This document shows, piece by piece, positions 9,236-19,700 of a stretch of DNA of 64,000 nucleotides; within the stretch, counting starts at the first letter, position 1, and each line of letters opens with the position of its first letter. The position numbers and the translations under genes are program-made. The notes under the pieces are model-generated. The model was not told where the DNA came from. It saw only the letters and a list, made by a program, of their open reading frames with translations, and searched no databases. Source of the stretch: an uncultured Verrucomicrobiae bacterium (GTDB lineage: Bacteria; Verrucomicrobiota; Verrucomicrobiia; Limisphaerales; JAFGQR01). The DNA lies in assembly GCA_963788655.1 (NCBI GenBank), contig CAWBHS010000088.1, positions 64,001 to 128,000 of the forward strand. The letters run 5' to 3'.

Positions 9236-9263
9236 ACTTTGCAGCGCAAAGCTATATTGTCAA
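9236..9263 (-). promoter_or_regulatory. sigma70-like promoter (TTGACA-16nt-CAAAGT) overlapped by operator CTTTGC-AGC-GCAAAG
   Basis: TTGACA at 9263-9258 on the minus strand; the palindrome at 9237-9251 overlaps the putative -10; ATG lies 8 nt downstream (possibly a leaderless mRNA). Confidence 0.65.
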
Positions 9264-9363
9264 GCATCGATTCAAGTTTCTGGTAAACGCAAATGGCAGC
9301 GAGTTCGGGGCCACTCTGGGCATTTGAATCCGGCGGGGATGAAATCGGAGTAATGACCCTCGC

Positions 9364-9437
9364 GTAGCGGCGGCTCGGGAGAGCGCCGCTAAACTTGAAC
9401 AAAGCAAGTTGGCGGCGCTCTCCCGAGGCGCCGCTAC
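9364..9437. repeat. GTAG-type REP doublet (REPIN-like)
   Basis: GTAGCGGCGGCTCGGGAGAGCGCCGC ... GCGGCGCTCTCCCGAGGCGCCGCTAC inverted pair. Confidence 0.8.
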
Positions 9438-9770
9438 GGTGCAGATTCAAGGGGAGCATCCTCTTGAGGAGTTCTTCATCGGCCAAGATTGGCCCATCCC
9501 CCGGAACAGAGTGTGCTATGAGCTACCAGAAGTGAAGTGGCACGTGGTCAGATAGTTGTGCAAACCCCAGGCAGACCGCCTCAGCCCACGATCTGAATCG
9601 AGCTGGTGGGCTTCGGCAATGCGAAAGCCAACGGGTTGACGACCAGAAACATCCGCGCCGGGATCGGCAATGCCCCCGGACTATTATCGATGGCTTGAGC
9701 CGTTATGAATAAACAACAATGCCCGTCAGGCTTGGTCCCTGAACCGACCTGCCCTTCCGGGTTAAATCCA

Positions 9771-12700
9771 ATGAAGTCGTCAATCATTTCCTGCCTGGCA
9801 TTCCTGGCATTGGGGTGGGTGAGCGTGTCCGGTCAGGAACCGGCGCCGCCGCCGAATGATTTCCCGGCGGGCGTCAGTGTGCTGCTGGCGGCGGAAGGGC
9901 GCGTGGAAGTGGCGCGTGATGCCACCGCCGGATGGACGGTCGCCCAGACCAATCAGGTGCTGAATCCCGGTGATCGTGTCCGCACCGGGCGGCGCAGCCG
10001 GGCGACCATCCGCCTGTCCGATCTGACCGTGCTGCGGGTGAAGGAATTGACGACACTGGAAATCCGTCCCGCGGTGGCGAACCGGCAACCGGCTGGCCTC
10101 GATGTCAACCAAGGTTCGATCTACCTCTTCAACCGCGGCAAGCCGGGTAGTGTGCCGTTCCGCACGCCCATTGCCTCGGGGGCGATTCGCGGAACCGAGT
10201 TCAATCTCCAGGTGGCGGACAACGGCGGCACTGAATTGACGTTGCTCGACGGCGAAGTGGCCCTGCGCAATGAACAAGGGGAAATCGTCTTAAACAGCGG
10301 CGAACAAGCCGTCGTCGAACCGGGTCGGGCCCCGCGCAAAACCGCCGTCCTCAATGCCGTCAATGTCATTCAATGGGTGCTCTATTACCCGGGCGTGCTC
10401 GACGCCGAGGAACTGGCCTTGAGCGACGATGCTCAACAAGCTTTACAGTCTTCGTTGGCGGCGTATCGCAGCGGGGATTTGCTCGCGGCGTTGGAGCGGT
10501 ATCCGGAGAACCGGCGGTCGGATTCCGTCGCGGAACGAGTCTATCACGCGGCATTGCTGCTGGCCGTGGGCGATGTTGGCCAAGCCGAATCCATGCTGGC
10601 TGATTTGAACCAACCGTCCCCGCTCGCCGACGCGCTGCGCACGGTCATTGCCGCGGTCAAATACCAACCCTTGCCCGGGACGGTCAGTGCTAAACCGGCC
10701 ACCGCCTCGCAATGGCTCGCCCAATCGTATTACCAGCAATCGCGCGCCGATCTGCCCGGTGCCCTCCAGGCCGCGCACGCGGCGGTGAAGCAGGCGCCCA
10801 ACTTCGGTTTTGCCTGGGAACGATTGGCCGAGTTGGAGTTTGGTTTTGGCCGGATCGACCGCGCGCGCTCGGCGCTGGTCAAGGCACTGGCGCTGTCTCC
10901 GCGCAATGCCCAAGCCGTGGCCTTGCAAGGCTTCCTGCTGGCCGCGCAAAACCAGACCGCCCAGGCACGAGCGGAGTTTGATCGAGCCATCGCGCTGGAT
11001 GGCGCCAATGCCAATGCCTGGCTCGGACGCGGTTTGATTCGCATCCGCCAGGGCGACGGCGCAGGGGGGCGCGAAGACTTGCAGGTGGCCGCTACGTTGG
11101 AGCCCAATCGTGCCGTGCTGCGGAGTTATCTGGGCAAGGCGTTCAGTTACACGGGCCCGGACAAATTGGCGGCGAAGGAATTGGAATTGGCGCAGAAACT
11201 CGATCCACGCGACCCGACCAGTTGGCTGTATTTGGCGTTGTTGCGGCAACAGCAGAACCGCATCAACGAAGGCGTCGGCGACCTGGAAATGTCCAAGCAA
11301 CTCAATGACAACCGCCAGGTCTATCGCTCGCGATTGCTGGTGGACGAAGATCGCGCCGTGCGTTCGGCCAATCTGGCGGGCCTCTATCGCGACGCGGGAA
11401 TGATCGACGTTAGTGCGCGGGAGGCGTCACGGGCGGTGGATTACGATTACGCGAATTACTCGGCGCACCTGTTTCTGGCGGAGAGTTACGATGCGCTGCG
11501 GGATCCCAAACTGATCAACTTGCGCTACGAAACGCCGTTCCTCACGGAGCTGCTGGTGGCCAACCTGCTGGCGCCGGTCGGTGCGAACAATCTTTCGCGC
11601 AATGTGTCGCAGCAGGAATACTCGCGATTGTTCACGGGCGACCACTTGGGAGTGATCAGCGCCACCGAATATTACAGCCGGGGCGATTGGGTGGAGAACG
11701 GCTCGCAATACGGCACCATCGGCAACAGCAGTTACGCGCTGGATGCCGCCTATCGCAAAGAAAACGGTTACCGCCCCAACAACGACTTGGACCAACTCGG
11801 TTTGGCCTTCACGTTCAAGCAGCAAGTCACCCCGGCGGACAGCGTGTTATTCCAGGCCACACTCTTCAACAGCAAATCCGGCGACCTGGCCCAATACTAC
11901 AACCAGGACGGCCGCCGCCCGGACCTGCCCGCGCCCAGCCTTTACGAACGGGTGACGGAAAAGCAGGAGCCCAATCTGCTGGTCGGTTACCACCACGAAT
12001 GGTCGCCCGGAGTTCACACGTTGTTTTTGGCGGGGCGGTTTGATGACACGCTGACGCTCACTGACCCGACGACGAAGATTCCCTTCATCAAACCCAGCGG
12101 CAACATCCAGTCGGAGACGTTCGCCGTCGATTACCGGAGCGTCTTTGAAGCTTACTCGACCGAATTGCAGCAAATTTGGCAGACGCCCAATCACACGACT
12201 GTCGCGGGTGGGCGTTTTCAGTATGGGTGGAACGACACGACGACGCGCGTGTTCGATGCGGTCAATCCGGGCCTGGGCCGGCTGGATACCAATCAAATGG
12301 TTTCCACCGATCTCAGCCGCCTGAATTTTTACGCCTATCACCAGTGGCAATTGTTCGAACCATTGCGACTGACCGCGGGCGTCAGCTATGACCGGTTGTA
12401 TTATCCGCGCAACATCGACACCTCGCCCATCACGGACAAGCAAACGACCGAAGATCAGGTTTCCCCCAAAGCCGGACTATTATGGACGCCGTGGGCCGAT
12501 GCCAACGTGCGGGCCGCGTACAGCCAGTCGCTGGGCGGCTTGTTCTTCGACAACAGTGTTCGTCTTGAACCGGTGCAACTGGCCGGCTTCACGCAGGCCT
12601 ATCGCAGTCTCGCGCCGGAATCGGTGGTCGGATTGGTGCCGGGCACGCGCTTCGAAACTTGGGGTGTGGGTTTTGATCAACGGTTCCGATTCGGTTTGTA

Positions 12701-13277
12701 TCTGGGCCTGGATGGCGAGCTCTTGAAATCGCGAGCCGACCGGTTGGTGGGAACGGCGCGGACCAGCGGCGGCTTCATTCCCGTACCCAATCAAGCGGGG
12801 AGCACGCGGCAGACACTCGATTATGATGAGCACGCCCTGTTGGTGACCGTGAACCAACTGCTCGGCCGGCAATGGTCCCTGGGCGCGCGCTACCGGATCA
12901 GCGTGGCCGATCTCACGACCCGGTTCACGGAGCTGGCTCCCGGAGCGGGCGGCGCGCAGAACTTCAATGAGGACGTGAGCGCCACGCTGCACCAATTGAA
13001 CCTCGACGTGAACTTCAATCATCGTTGCGGCTTCTTTGCGACGGCGGACGCGATGTGGAATCATCAGTCCAACCATGGCTATGCCGGGGCGCTGCCGGGC
13101 GACGACTTCTGGCAGTTCAATCTGTTCGCTGGCTACCGGTTCCTCCAACGGCGAGCGGAACTGGGGCTGGGGCTGCTCAATGTGTCTGACCAGGATTACC
13201 GACTGAACCCGCTGACCCTGTATCGCGAGCTGCCGCGCGAGCGCACGTTGCTGGCGTCGCTCCGGTTTTATTTCTAA
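9771..13277 (+). CDS. FecR-domain / TPR / TonB-dependent-receptor-like outer-membrane beta-barrel protein (NsrA-like)
   Basis: signal peptide, FecR domain ('GDRVRTG...TPIASGAIRGTEF'), several TPR repeats, C-terminal barrel ending in aromatic 'LRFYF'. Confidence 0.9.
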   Translation: MKSSIISCLAFLALGWVSVSGQEPAPPPNDFPAGVSVLLAAEGRVEVARDATAGWTVAQTNQVLNPGDRVRTGRRSRATIRLSDLTVLRVKELTTLEIRPAVANRQPAGLDVNQGSIYLFNRGKPGSVPFRTPIASGAIRGTEFNLQVADNGGTELTLLDGEVALRNEQGEIVLNSGEQAVVEPGRAPRKTAVLNAVNVIQWVLYYPGVLDAEELALSDDAQQALQSSLAAYRSGDLLAALERYPENRRSDSVAERVYHAALLLAVGDVGQAESMLADLNQPSPLADALRTVIAAVKYQPLPGTVSAKPATASQWLAQSYYQQSRADLPGALQAAHAAVKQAPNFGFAWERLAELEFGFGRIDRARSALVKALALSPRNAQAVALQGFLLAAQNQTAQARAEFDRAIALDGANANAWLGRGLIRIRQGDGAGGREDLQVAATLEPNRAVLRSYLGKAFSYTGPDKLAAKELELAQKLDPRDPTSWLYLALLRQQQNRINEGVGDLEMSKQLNDNRQVYRSRLLVDEDRAVRSANLAGLYRDAGMIDVSAREASRAVDYDYANYSAHLFLAESYDALRDPKLINLRYETPFLTELLVANLLAPVGANNLSRNVSQQEYSRLFTGDHLGVISATEYYSRGDWVENGSQYGTIGNSSYALDAAYRKENGYRPNNDLDQLGLAFTFKQQVTPADSVLFQATLFNSKSGDLAQYYNQDGRRPDLPAPSLYERVTEKQEPNLLVGYHHEWSPGVHTLFLAGRFDDTLTLTDPTTKIPFIKPSGNIQSETFAVDYRSVFEAYSTELQQIWQTPNHTTVAGGRFQYGWNDTTTRVFDAVNPGLGRLDTNQMVSTDLSRLNFYAYHQWQLFEPLRLTAGVSYDRLYYPRNIDTSPITDKQTTEDQVSPKAGLLWTPWADANVRAAYSQSLGGLFFDNSVRLEPVQLAGFTQAYRSLAPESVVGLVPGTRFETWGVGFDQRFRFGLYLGLDGELLKSRADRLVGTARTSGGFIPVPNQAGSTRQTLDYDEHALLVTVNQLLGRQWSLGARYRISVADLTTRFTELAPGAGGAQNFNEDVSATLHQLNLDVNFNHRCGFFATADAMWNHQSNHGYAGALPGDDFWQFNLFAGYRFLQRRAELGLGLLNVSDQDYRLNPLTLYRELPRERTLLASLRFYF

Positions 13278-13359
13278 TCTTCTGCTGGTGCCGGAGCTTG
13301 AAGCGCCACATGCCTCTCGGGAATTTCCATAAGAAACCATGCGAATAACCGCCAGGTTT

Positions 13360-13434
13360 TGGAGTGCGGCAGCCCTCTGCCGCTTTCGAAAGCCCCACTG
13401 CCCTCCGAAAGCGGCAGAGGGCTGCCGCACTCCA
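13360..13434. repeat. REP doublet, GGAGTGCG family, 29-bp perfect inverted repeat
   Basis: TGGAGTGCGGCAGCCCTCTGCCGCTTTCG (13360-13388) and its exact reverse complement (13406-13434). Confidence 0.85.
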
Positions 13435-13555
13435 GGACGCTGCCGCGTCAGCGCCAGTTCTCTTGCGCAACCAGTCCGCCTGCGCAACCAGTATCCAACG
13501 GGCACTGATCGGCTAGAGGCGGTTTCGGAGAAGTTAGAACGTTGTTGGATCATTC

Positions 13556-13580
13556 GAGACCGGCGGGACGCCGGTCCTAC
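13556..13580 (-). repeat. GTAGGAC-family REP singlet
   Basis: GAGACCGGCGGGACGCCGGTCCTAC; related copies at 15629, 32241-32357 and 41466-41581. Confidence 0.75.
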
Positions 13581-13589
13581 GCGTGCGCG

Positions 13590-15632
13590 GTGAAAGCCAA
13601 GCGTCAATTCATCGAGAACGGGTGGGGCGGGGCGATTGGCGCTGTGCTGGCTGCTGCCCTCGGGGTGACCCTGCTCATCCTGCCGCTCGGACGAGGATTG
13701 GTGGACTGGAGTTACGACTTGCCCTTCGCCCTGCGACCGGTGCTCCATCCCGACGAAGCGGTGTTGGTCCTGATGGATGACGAGTCCCATGACAAACTGG
13801 CGCAGCCGTTCAACCGGCCCTGGGACCGCCGCCTTCATGCCCGGATGATCGACCGGCTGACTGCCGCGGGTGCCAAAGCTATCGTCATGGACATCGTGTT
13901 CAGCGATCCGGCTCCTGATCCGGAAGAAGATCCGCGCATGGCCGAAGCGATGCGCCACAGTGGGCGCGTGGTGTTGGCCGCAGATACCGTTCCTGCCGGC
14001 TACGGCGAAGACGAGGTGAACATGCGCATGGTCACCATGCCGACTGACGTGCTCCGGGATCAGACCGCCCGGTTTGCTTCGGACGACTATGAAGGCGTGG
14101 GTTCGGCCGAAATGGTGCCGTCCCAGGACTTCGTCATCCGGCGGCATTTCCACGGCTCGAAGGATGACGTACTGCCCAGCATGAGTTGGGTCACGGCCAA
14201 GTTTCTGCAGGCCGAAGTCAGCCGGGACGAAGTCGAGCGAACCCGGCCGCGCTGGGTCAATTACTACGGCCCCTCCGGCACGGTCCCCAACGTGAGCTAC
14301 TTCCGGGCGCTGGATCCCACGCTGAGTTCGGACGCGTTGTTTCGTGATCGAGTGGTGTTCATTGGCGCGCGATTGTTCACCGTGTTCAGCGGTCAGCGCA
14401 AGGATGAGTTTCGGACGCCGTATTCGTACTGGCGGGACCAAAACAAGTTCATGCCGGGAGTGGAAGTGCAAGCGACGCTCCTCCTTAATTTGCTGCGGGG
14501 CGACTGGTTGAACCGCGGGCCCGTGCCGCTCGAGCTGATATGTCTGTTGCTCGCCGGCTTGCTCATAGGTTTTCTGCTGGCGCAACTCCGGCCATTGACC
14601 AGCACGCTCGTGGCGCTGGGAAGCATCCTCGCCGTCAGCGGGGCAGCGTATGCGCTCTTCCGTTTCGGCAGCACGTGGTTTCCCTGGCTGTTAGTAGTGG
14701 TGCAGATTGCGGTGGCCTGGTTGTGGTCGCTGCTGTTCAACACGGTGCAACTCTATGTCGAAAAACGCGTGCTCGAACAGTCCCTCGCCTTGCACCTGTC
14801 GCCGTCGCGGGTGAAGCAGCTTATGGGGCATCCTGACCTGCTCAAGCCCGGCGCGGAAAAACAACTCGTGAGCATCCTGTTCAGTGACATTGCCGACTTC
14901 ACCAAGATTTCCGAAGGCATGGACTCCGACCAATTGGCGCGGCTGATGAACAATTATTTCGAAGTGGCGATTGCGCGCATCCACGAAACCGATGGCATGG
15001 TGGTGAAGCTGATTGGCGACGCCATTTTCGCCGTCTGGAACGCTCCGCTCGCGCAGGAAGATCATCGCGCCCGGGCCTGTCAGGCCGCCTTGAAGTTGCG
15101 CGACCAGGTGGCCCAGTTCCTGGACCGCCGGACCAGCCACCCGCTCATGACCCGCATCGGCCTGCACACCGGTCTGGCGAACGTGGGCAACTTTGGCAGC
15201 GCCTCGCGCTTTGACTACACGGCCATTGGCGAAAGTATCAATCTGGCTTCGCGCATGGAAGGGCTCAACAAGCATCTCGGCACGAGCGTGCTGGCCACAC
15301 GGGAAACGCAACTCGCGGTGGCGGACCACTTGGACTCCCGGCTCATTGGCCACTTTCGTTTGAAAGGTTTCGAGAAGGCGGTCGAGGTCCATGAATTGAT
15401 GGGGCCCGTTGAACAAGTGGAGTCCACCCGCCCGGTGCGTGATTACTTTGCGAAGGCTCTTAAGCATTTTCAGAACAAAGCGTTTTTCGAAGCCAAAGAC
15501 GGATTTATCCGCACGCTCGAACTGCTGCCCAACGACGGTCCGTCTCTGTTCTACATTGCCACCCTTTCCGAAATGCTGCCGGAGTTCCTGCCCGACGATT
15601 GGCGCGGGGAAATCATTCTGCGCGAGAAGTAG
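13590..15632 (+). CDS. CHASE2-domain class III adenylate/guanylate cyclase
   Basis: periplasmic CHASE2 ('PWDRRLHARMIDRL', 'MPGVEVQA'), 3 TM helices, cyclase motifs 'LFSDIADFT', 'KLIGDAIFA', 'DYTAIGESINLASRMEG'; K and D specificity residues suggest ATP. Confidence 0.95.
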   Translation: MKAKRQFIENGWGGAIGAVLAAALGVTLLILPLGRGLVDWSYDLPFALRPVLHPDEAVLVLMDDESHDKLAQPFNRPWDRRLHARMIDRLTAAGAKAIVMDIVFSDPAPDPEEDPRMAEAMRHSGRVVLAADTVPAGYGEDEVNMRMVTMPTDVLRDQTARFASDDYEGVGSAEMVPSQDFVIRRHFHGSKDDVLPSMSWVTAKFLQAEVSRDEVERTRPRWVNYYGPSGTVPNVSYFRALDPTLSSDALFRDRVVFIGARLFTVFSGQRKDEFRTPYSYWRDQNKFMPGVEVQATLLLNLLRGDWLNRGPVPLELICLLLAGLLIGFLLAQLRPLTSTLVALGSILAVSGAAYALFRFGSTWFPWLLVVVQIAVAWLWSLLFNTVQLYVEKRVLEQSLALHLSPSRVKQLMGHPDLLKPGAEKQLVSILFSDIADFTKISEGMDSDQLARLMNNYFEVAIARIHETDGMVVKLIGDAIFAVWNAPLAQEDHRARACQAALKLRDQVAQFLDRRTSHPLMTRIGLHTGLANVGNFGSASRFDYTAIGESINLASRMEGLNKHLGTSVLATRETQLAVADHLDSRLIGHFRLKGFEKAVEVHELMGPVEQVESTRPVRDYFAKALKHFQNKAFFEAKDGFIRTLELLPNDGPSLFYIATLSEMLPEFLPDDWRGEIILREK

Positions 15633-15653
15633 GCCAGGCGTCCCGCCTGTCTC
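15629..15653 (+). repeat. GTAGGAC-family REP singlet overlapping the cyclase stop codon
   Basis: GTAGGCCAGGCGTCCCGCCTGTCTC; its TAG is the cyclase stop. Confidence 0.75.
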
Positions 15654-15964
15654 GCATGATCGAAAACTCGTTGATGGTTTCTGCAACGCCCGCAGGGGGT
15701 ACGATCCACCGAACAACGCGAAGCGTTGGGAGCGCGCGGAACTTGCTCCCGCTTTTATCTGGCATAGCACGCCCGCAAAGCATGGAGCCGCCCGCTGATA
15801 AATATTCTGTTTCCGAGCACGCGGGGAATTTCCCTGTGGTCGGTTGTCGGTGGGCGTTCGCTCTGCGGGGACAAGTGGGCCGCGGTGGAATGCGTCCCCA
15901 CCTGATTTTGGCAGGCTGATTTTTCCAGCGAGCCCCAGAAACTTCCGGCAAAACCTTCGCAGAG

Positions 15965-16393
15965 TTACGCCGCTTTTTCGGTCTGTTTGCGGTTAAACTC
16001 GCGCAGGCGCCCACTGATTTCTCGCAGGAATTTTAGGGCCAATTCAGGAGACTCCTCCAAGAGGCACATGATCTCTTCGCTGGGGATAAAACAAACGGTG
16101 GACGGCGTCCGCGCCAACGCGCAAGCCGACCGACTTTGTCCATCCAAGACCGCCATTTCCCCAAAGATCTCCCCGGGCATGACGCGGGATAAGACTCGCC
16201 GCTCCTTGGGGTCCGTTGAATCGCAAATTTCCACCTCACCCGCCCGAACGAAATAGAGCCCGTCTCCTGGATCGCCGAGACGAAAAATGACTTCTCCAGC
16301 GCCAAGGTTCAGTCCTTGGGTATGTCTGCGCAACCGCTCGAGGGTCTCGGTTGGCAGGTGACAGAACAAATTGCAGGCTTCAAACGTTGTCAT
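15965..16393 (-). CDS. stand-alone cyclic-nucleotide-binding domain protein
   Basis: 'GEVIFRLGDPGDGLYFVRAGEV', 'GEIFGEMAVLDGQSRSA' cNMP-binding motifs; no HTH or output domain. Confidence 0.9.
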   Translation of the reverse strand: MTTFEACNLFCHLPTETLERLRRHTQGLNLGAGEVIFRLGDPGDGLYFVRAGEVEICDSTDPKERRVLSRVMPGEIFGEMAVLDGQSRSACALARTPSTVCFIPSEEIMCLLEESPELALKFLREISGRLREFNRKQTEKAA

Positions 16394-16755
16394 CTATCTA
16401 CGGCACAACTCACCGCGTAGGTTTGCTCAGCATGGCCAACGCCAAATCCATTCAGCCCGCCAAGAGAAGTTTGGTCAGCTTACTCGTGCGCTAGTCTTCT
16501 CCAGCCAGCAGCCACGAGGGGCGTTGCCCCGTCGATTGATTCTGTGGATAAGGATGGGCAACGCCTGCCTACCGGCAGGCAACTTTTGAGTATCCGGAGA
16601 GGAACCATACCTGTGGGCAGCCTATTGACGCCATGCCAAGCTCGCCCCCATTCCGCATTGCCCCGGTCATCGCTTCGTAGAATCCCCTAAAGTCCGATCC
16701 GCAAATACCGAAGTCAGTTCTATCGCGATGACAGTCATTCAACTGTGCCGGTAAA

Positions 16756-19700
16756 ATGAAAATGGTCATAACCAAAGGGATTCTTGGGGCAATCCTCCTG
16801 ATGGGATTTGCCTCCAGTGCGTTGGCGGGCAGCGTCATGGTCTGGACCAACACCGCTGGGGGGAACTGGAAAAATGCCGCCAATTGGGAAGGAAGCAAGG
16901 CCCCGGGAGGGGGTGACACCGCCATTATCACCAACGCCGGCAACTACACGGTGACCCTCGATGCCAATGTGGACGTGGGCAACTTGGTCCTGGGGGGTGC
17001 CGCCGGTATGCAAATCCTGGAGGTCGGCTCCATGAGGCTCCGCTTGAAGTCGTCCAGCCTGACCAGCGTCGTGCAACCGCACGGCCAGCTCAATTTGTCC
17101 GGAGGCACCATCGAGCAAGAAGCGCTGACAGTGGCCGGCGCCCTGAACTGGACTGCGGGGCAGATCAAAGCGCCTTTGAACATCCTCGCGGGAGGACGAG
17201 TCGAGCTCAGCGGTCTGGCGCCCAAGTTTTTTGGCACCAGCGGCGCGACCAACGTTTGCGGGCTGACCAACTACGGCACGGTGGTCTGGTCGGACTTAGG
17301 CGGGCTGCAACTTTACGAAGGAACGGTGGTTCACAACGAGGGCTTGTTCCAGGTAGCCAATGATCTGGAACTGGCCGGGACCAACACGTTTTCGCCAGTG
17401 TTTCTCAATGTCGGGACCTTTCAAAAGGTGGCTGGTCCCGGCGCAACGCGCATTGGCGACATTATTTTTCAGGGCGGGGGCACGATTGACGTGCAATCCG
17501 GTTACGTGAGTTTCCCCACGGGGAAGCAAACGCTGGCTGATGGCACCCGCGTCACCGGTGCCGGGGCACTGCGGATTGATGGCGCCGAAATCACGCTGAA
17601 CGGCACCATCACCGTGGATACGCCCGTGGAGATGGTCGCCGGCAAATTCAAGGGAAACAACACCATTGCCGGCGGCCTGAAATGGTCCGGCGGCAGCCTC
17701 GAGGGAACCACCATGGTAAACGGTGTCCTGAACTGGCAGGGCGGCAAATCGGGCAATCCCATCACGGTGAATGGCGCGGTGAATCTCAGCGCGGGCGAAA
17801 TCGCCGGCGGCCCCATCACGATCAATGGCGATTTTAATTGGACGGGCGGTTCGATCACGACCGACAAACTGACGGTCAACGGCAACACGACTTGGTCGGG
17901 GGGCGTGCTCACCAAGGTCCTGCCCATCGCCACTGGCCGGCAGTTGCTCATCCAGGAGGCCGGGACCAAGACCATTGATGGCGGCCTGATCGAAAACCGG
18001 GGCACAACCATTTTCATTGGTGCCGGCAGCGTGCTCATGGAAGGCGGGGCGGAGTTTCTCAACTATGGCACCACACGCGTTGATAACGACACGCCCATCA
18101 CCGGGGCTGCCTGCACCTCCTGTAAGTTCTACAACTACGGCACCCTGGCCAAGACCTCGAGCGGCATGACCGCCTGGCAGACCGTGCAGTTGTTCAATCA
18201 AGGCACGTTGGACCTCCAGGCTGGAATGCTTCAACTGACCGCCAACTCGCACACCTTCGAAGCCAATTCATCGGTGACCGGTGCGGGCAGTTTGCAAGTA
18301 GCGGGAGCGTCGCTGACGATCCGCTCGAACGTGGTCTGGCAGCCCGCCCTGGAATTGAACAAGGGCTGCCTGTTGGGCAACGCCTCGGTGGAAACCGACA
18401 TTCTTTGGCGGGAAGGCACCCTGGACGCGACGTTCAACATTCCCCTCGGACGGCAGCTAATTTTGAGCGGCAGCGGCACCAAGATTCTCGCCAAGGACGC
18501 CGTGCTGAATGTGTGGGGAGGGATGCAATTTGCGGATCGGACGAAGGTGCAATTCTACGCCAACGCCACGATCAACAATTACGGCCTCGTCGAAATCCAA
18601 AGTGACAATCCATTCGATTTCAATGGCTCCGATAAAGCCTGGTTCAAAAACTATGGAACTTTGCAGCGCACTGGTGCCAACAAGGAATTGCAATTCGATC
18701 AACTCCAACTCGTCAACTCCGGCACCCTGGACCTGCAAACCGCCGGGATCGTTTTCAAGGCCAACACGCATAGCTTGCAGTCGGGTTCACAGTGCCTCGG
18801 TCCCGTGCGGGTGGATGGCGCGACATTGCAGGTCAATGGCGAGATCACCAATACCGATCTGTTGGGTCTGAACCGAGGTTATTTGATCGGCAATGCAACG
18901 TTCTCCGGTGGATTAGACTTTTCCGGTGGCGAACTCGAGGCCACCCTGGTGATCAACGGCCCCCTCACCTGGTCCGGCGGCTTGCTCTCCGGCGGGGTCA
19001 CCGCCAATGCGCCGGTCGCGTGGTCCGGTGGGGAACTCAAGGGCACGTTCAATCTGAACAACTCGATGGAGTGGAGCGGCGGCACGCTCACCAGTTCGCT
19101 GACCATTGGGGCTGGCAACGCCATGACCGTGCTGCCCGGCGGAACCAAACTGATTACCGGCACGCTGAACAACGCCGGGACGGTGACCGTGGTAAACAAT
19201 GGTCAGATCCAGGTTGTCAACGGCACCCCGTTCCTCAACAGCGGCCTGTTTGAAGTGCAGAGTCAGACGCCCTTCAAAGTCAACGGCACGGCCAAGCCCG
19301 TTTTCAACAACTCGGGCACGCTGCGCCGCTCCGTCTCCACCACCACGCTCGACTTTGGGGCGCTGCTGCTGAACAACGCCGGCACGCTGGACGTGCAGAG
19401 CAGCCGGGTCACTTTTTCGGCCAACAACCATACGTTGGCCGATGGCGCCCGCCTGACGGGCCCGGCGCCGTGCGGATCACGGGCGCAACGGTCACGTGGA
19501 ACAATCGCCTCAGCGCCGAAGCCCCTTCGAATTGGCGGCGGTTACTTGTTGGGCAATGCCAATGTTACCGGCAACCTGACCATGTCGGGCGGCCAGTTGC
19601 CCGGCGTGGTGGCGGTGAGCGATCAGTTTACGTGGTCCGGCGGCGAGGTGAAAGGCACGTTGACCGCGGCAACCACATCGCGTGGTCCGGCGGCTGGCTG

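Noticed and set aside
16400..16755. Crp/Clr-type site or sigma54 promoter upstream of the giant gene
   Set aside because: No convincing TGTGA-N6-TCACA or GG-N10-GC consensus match was found by eye
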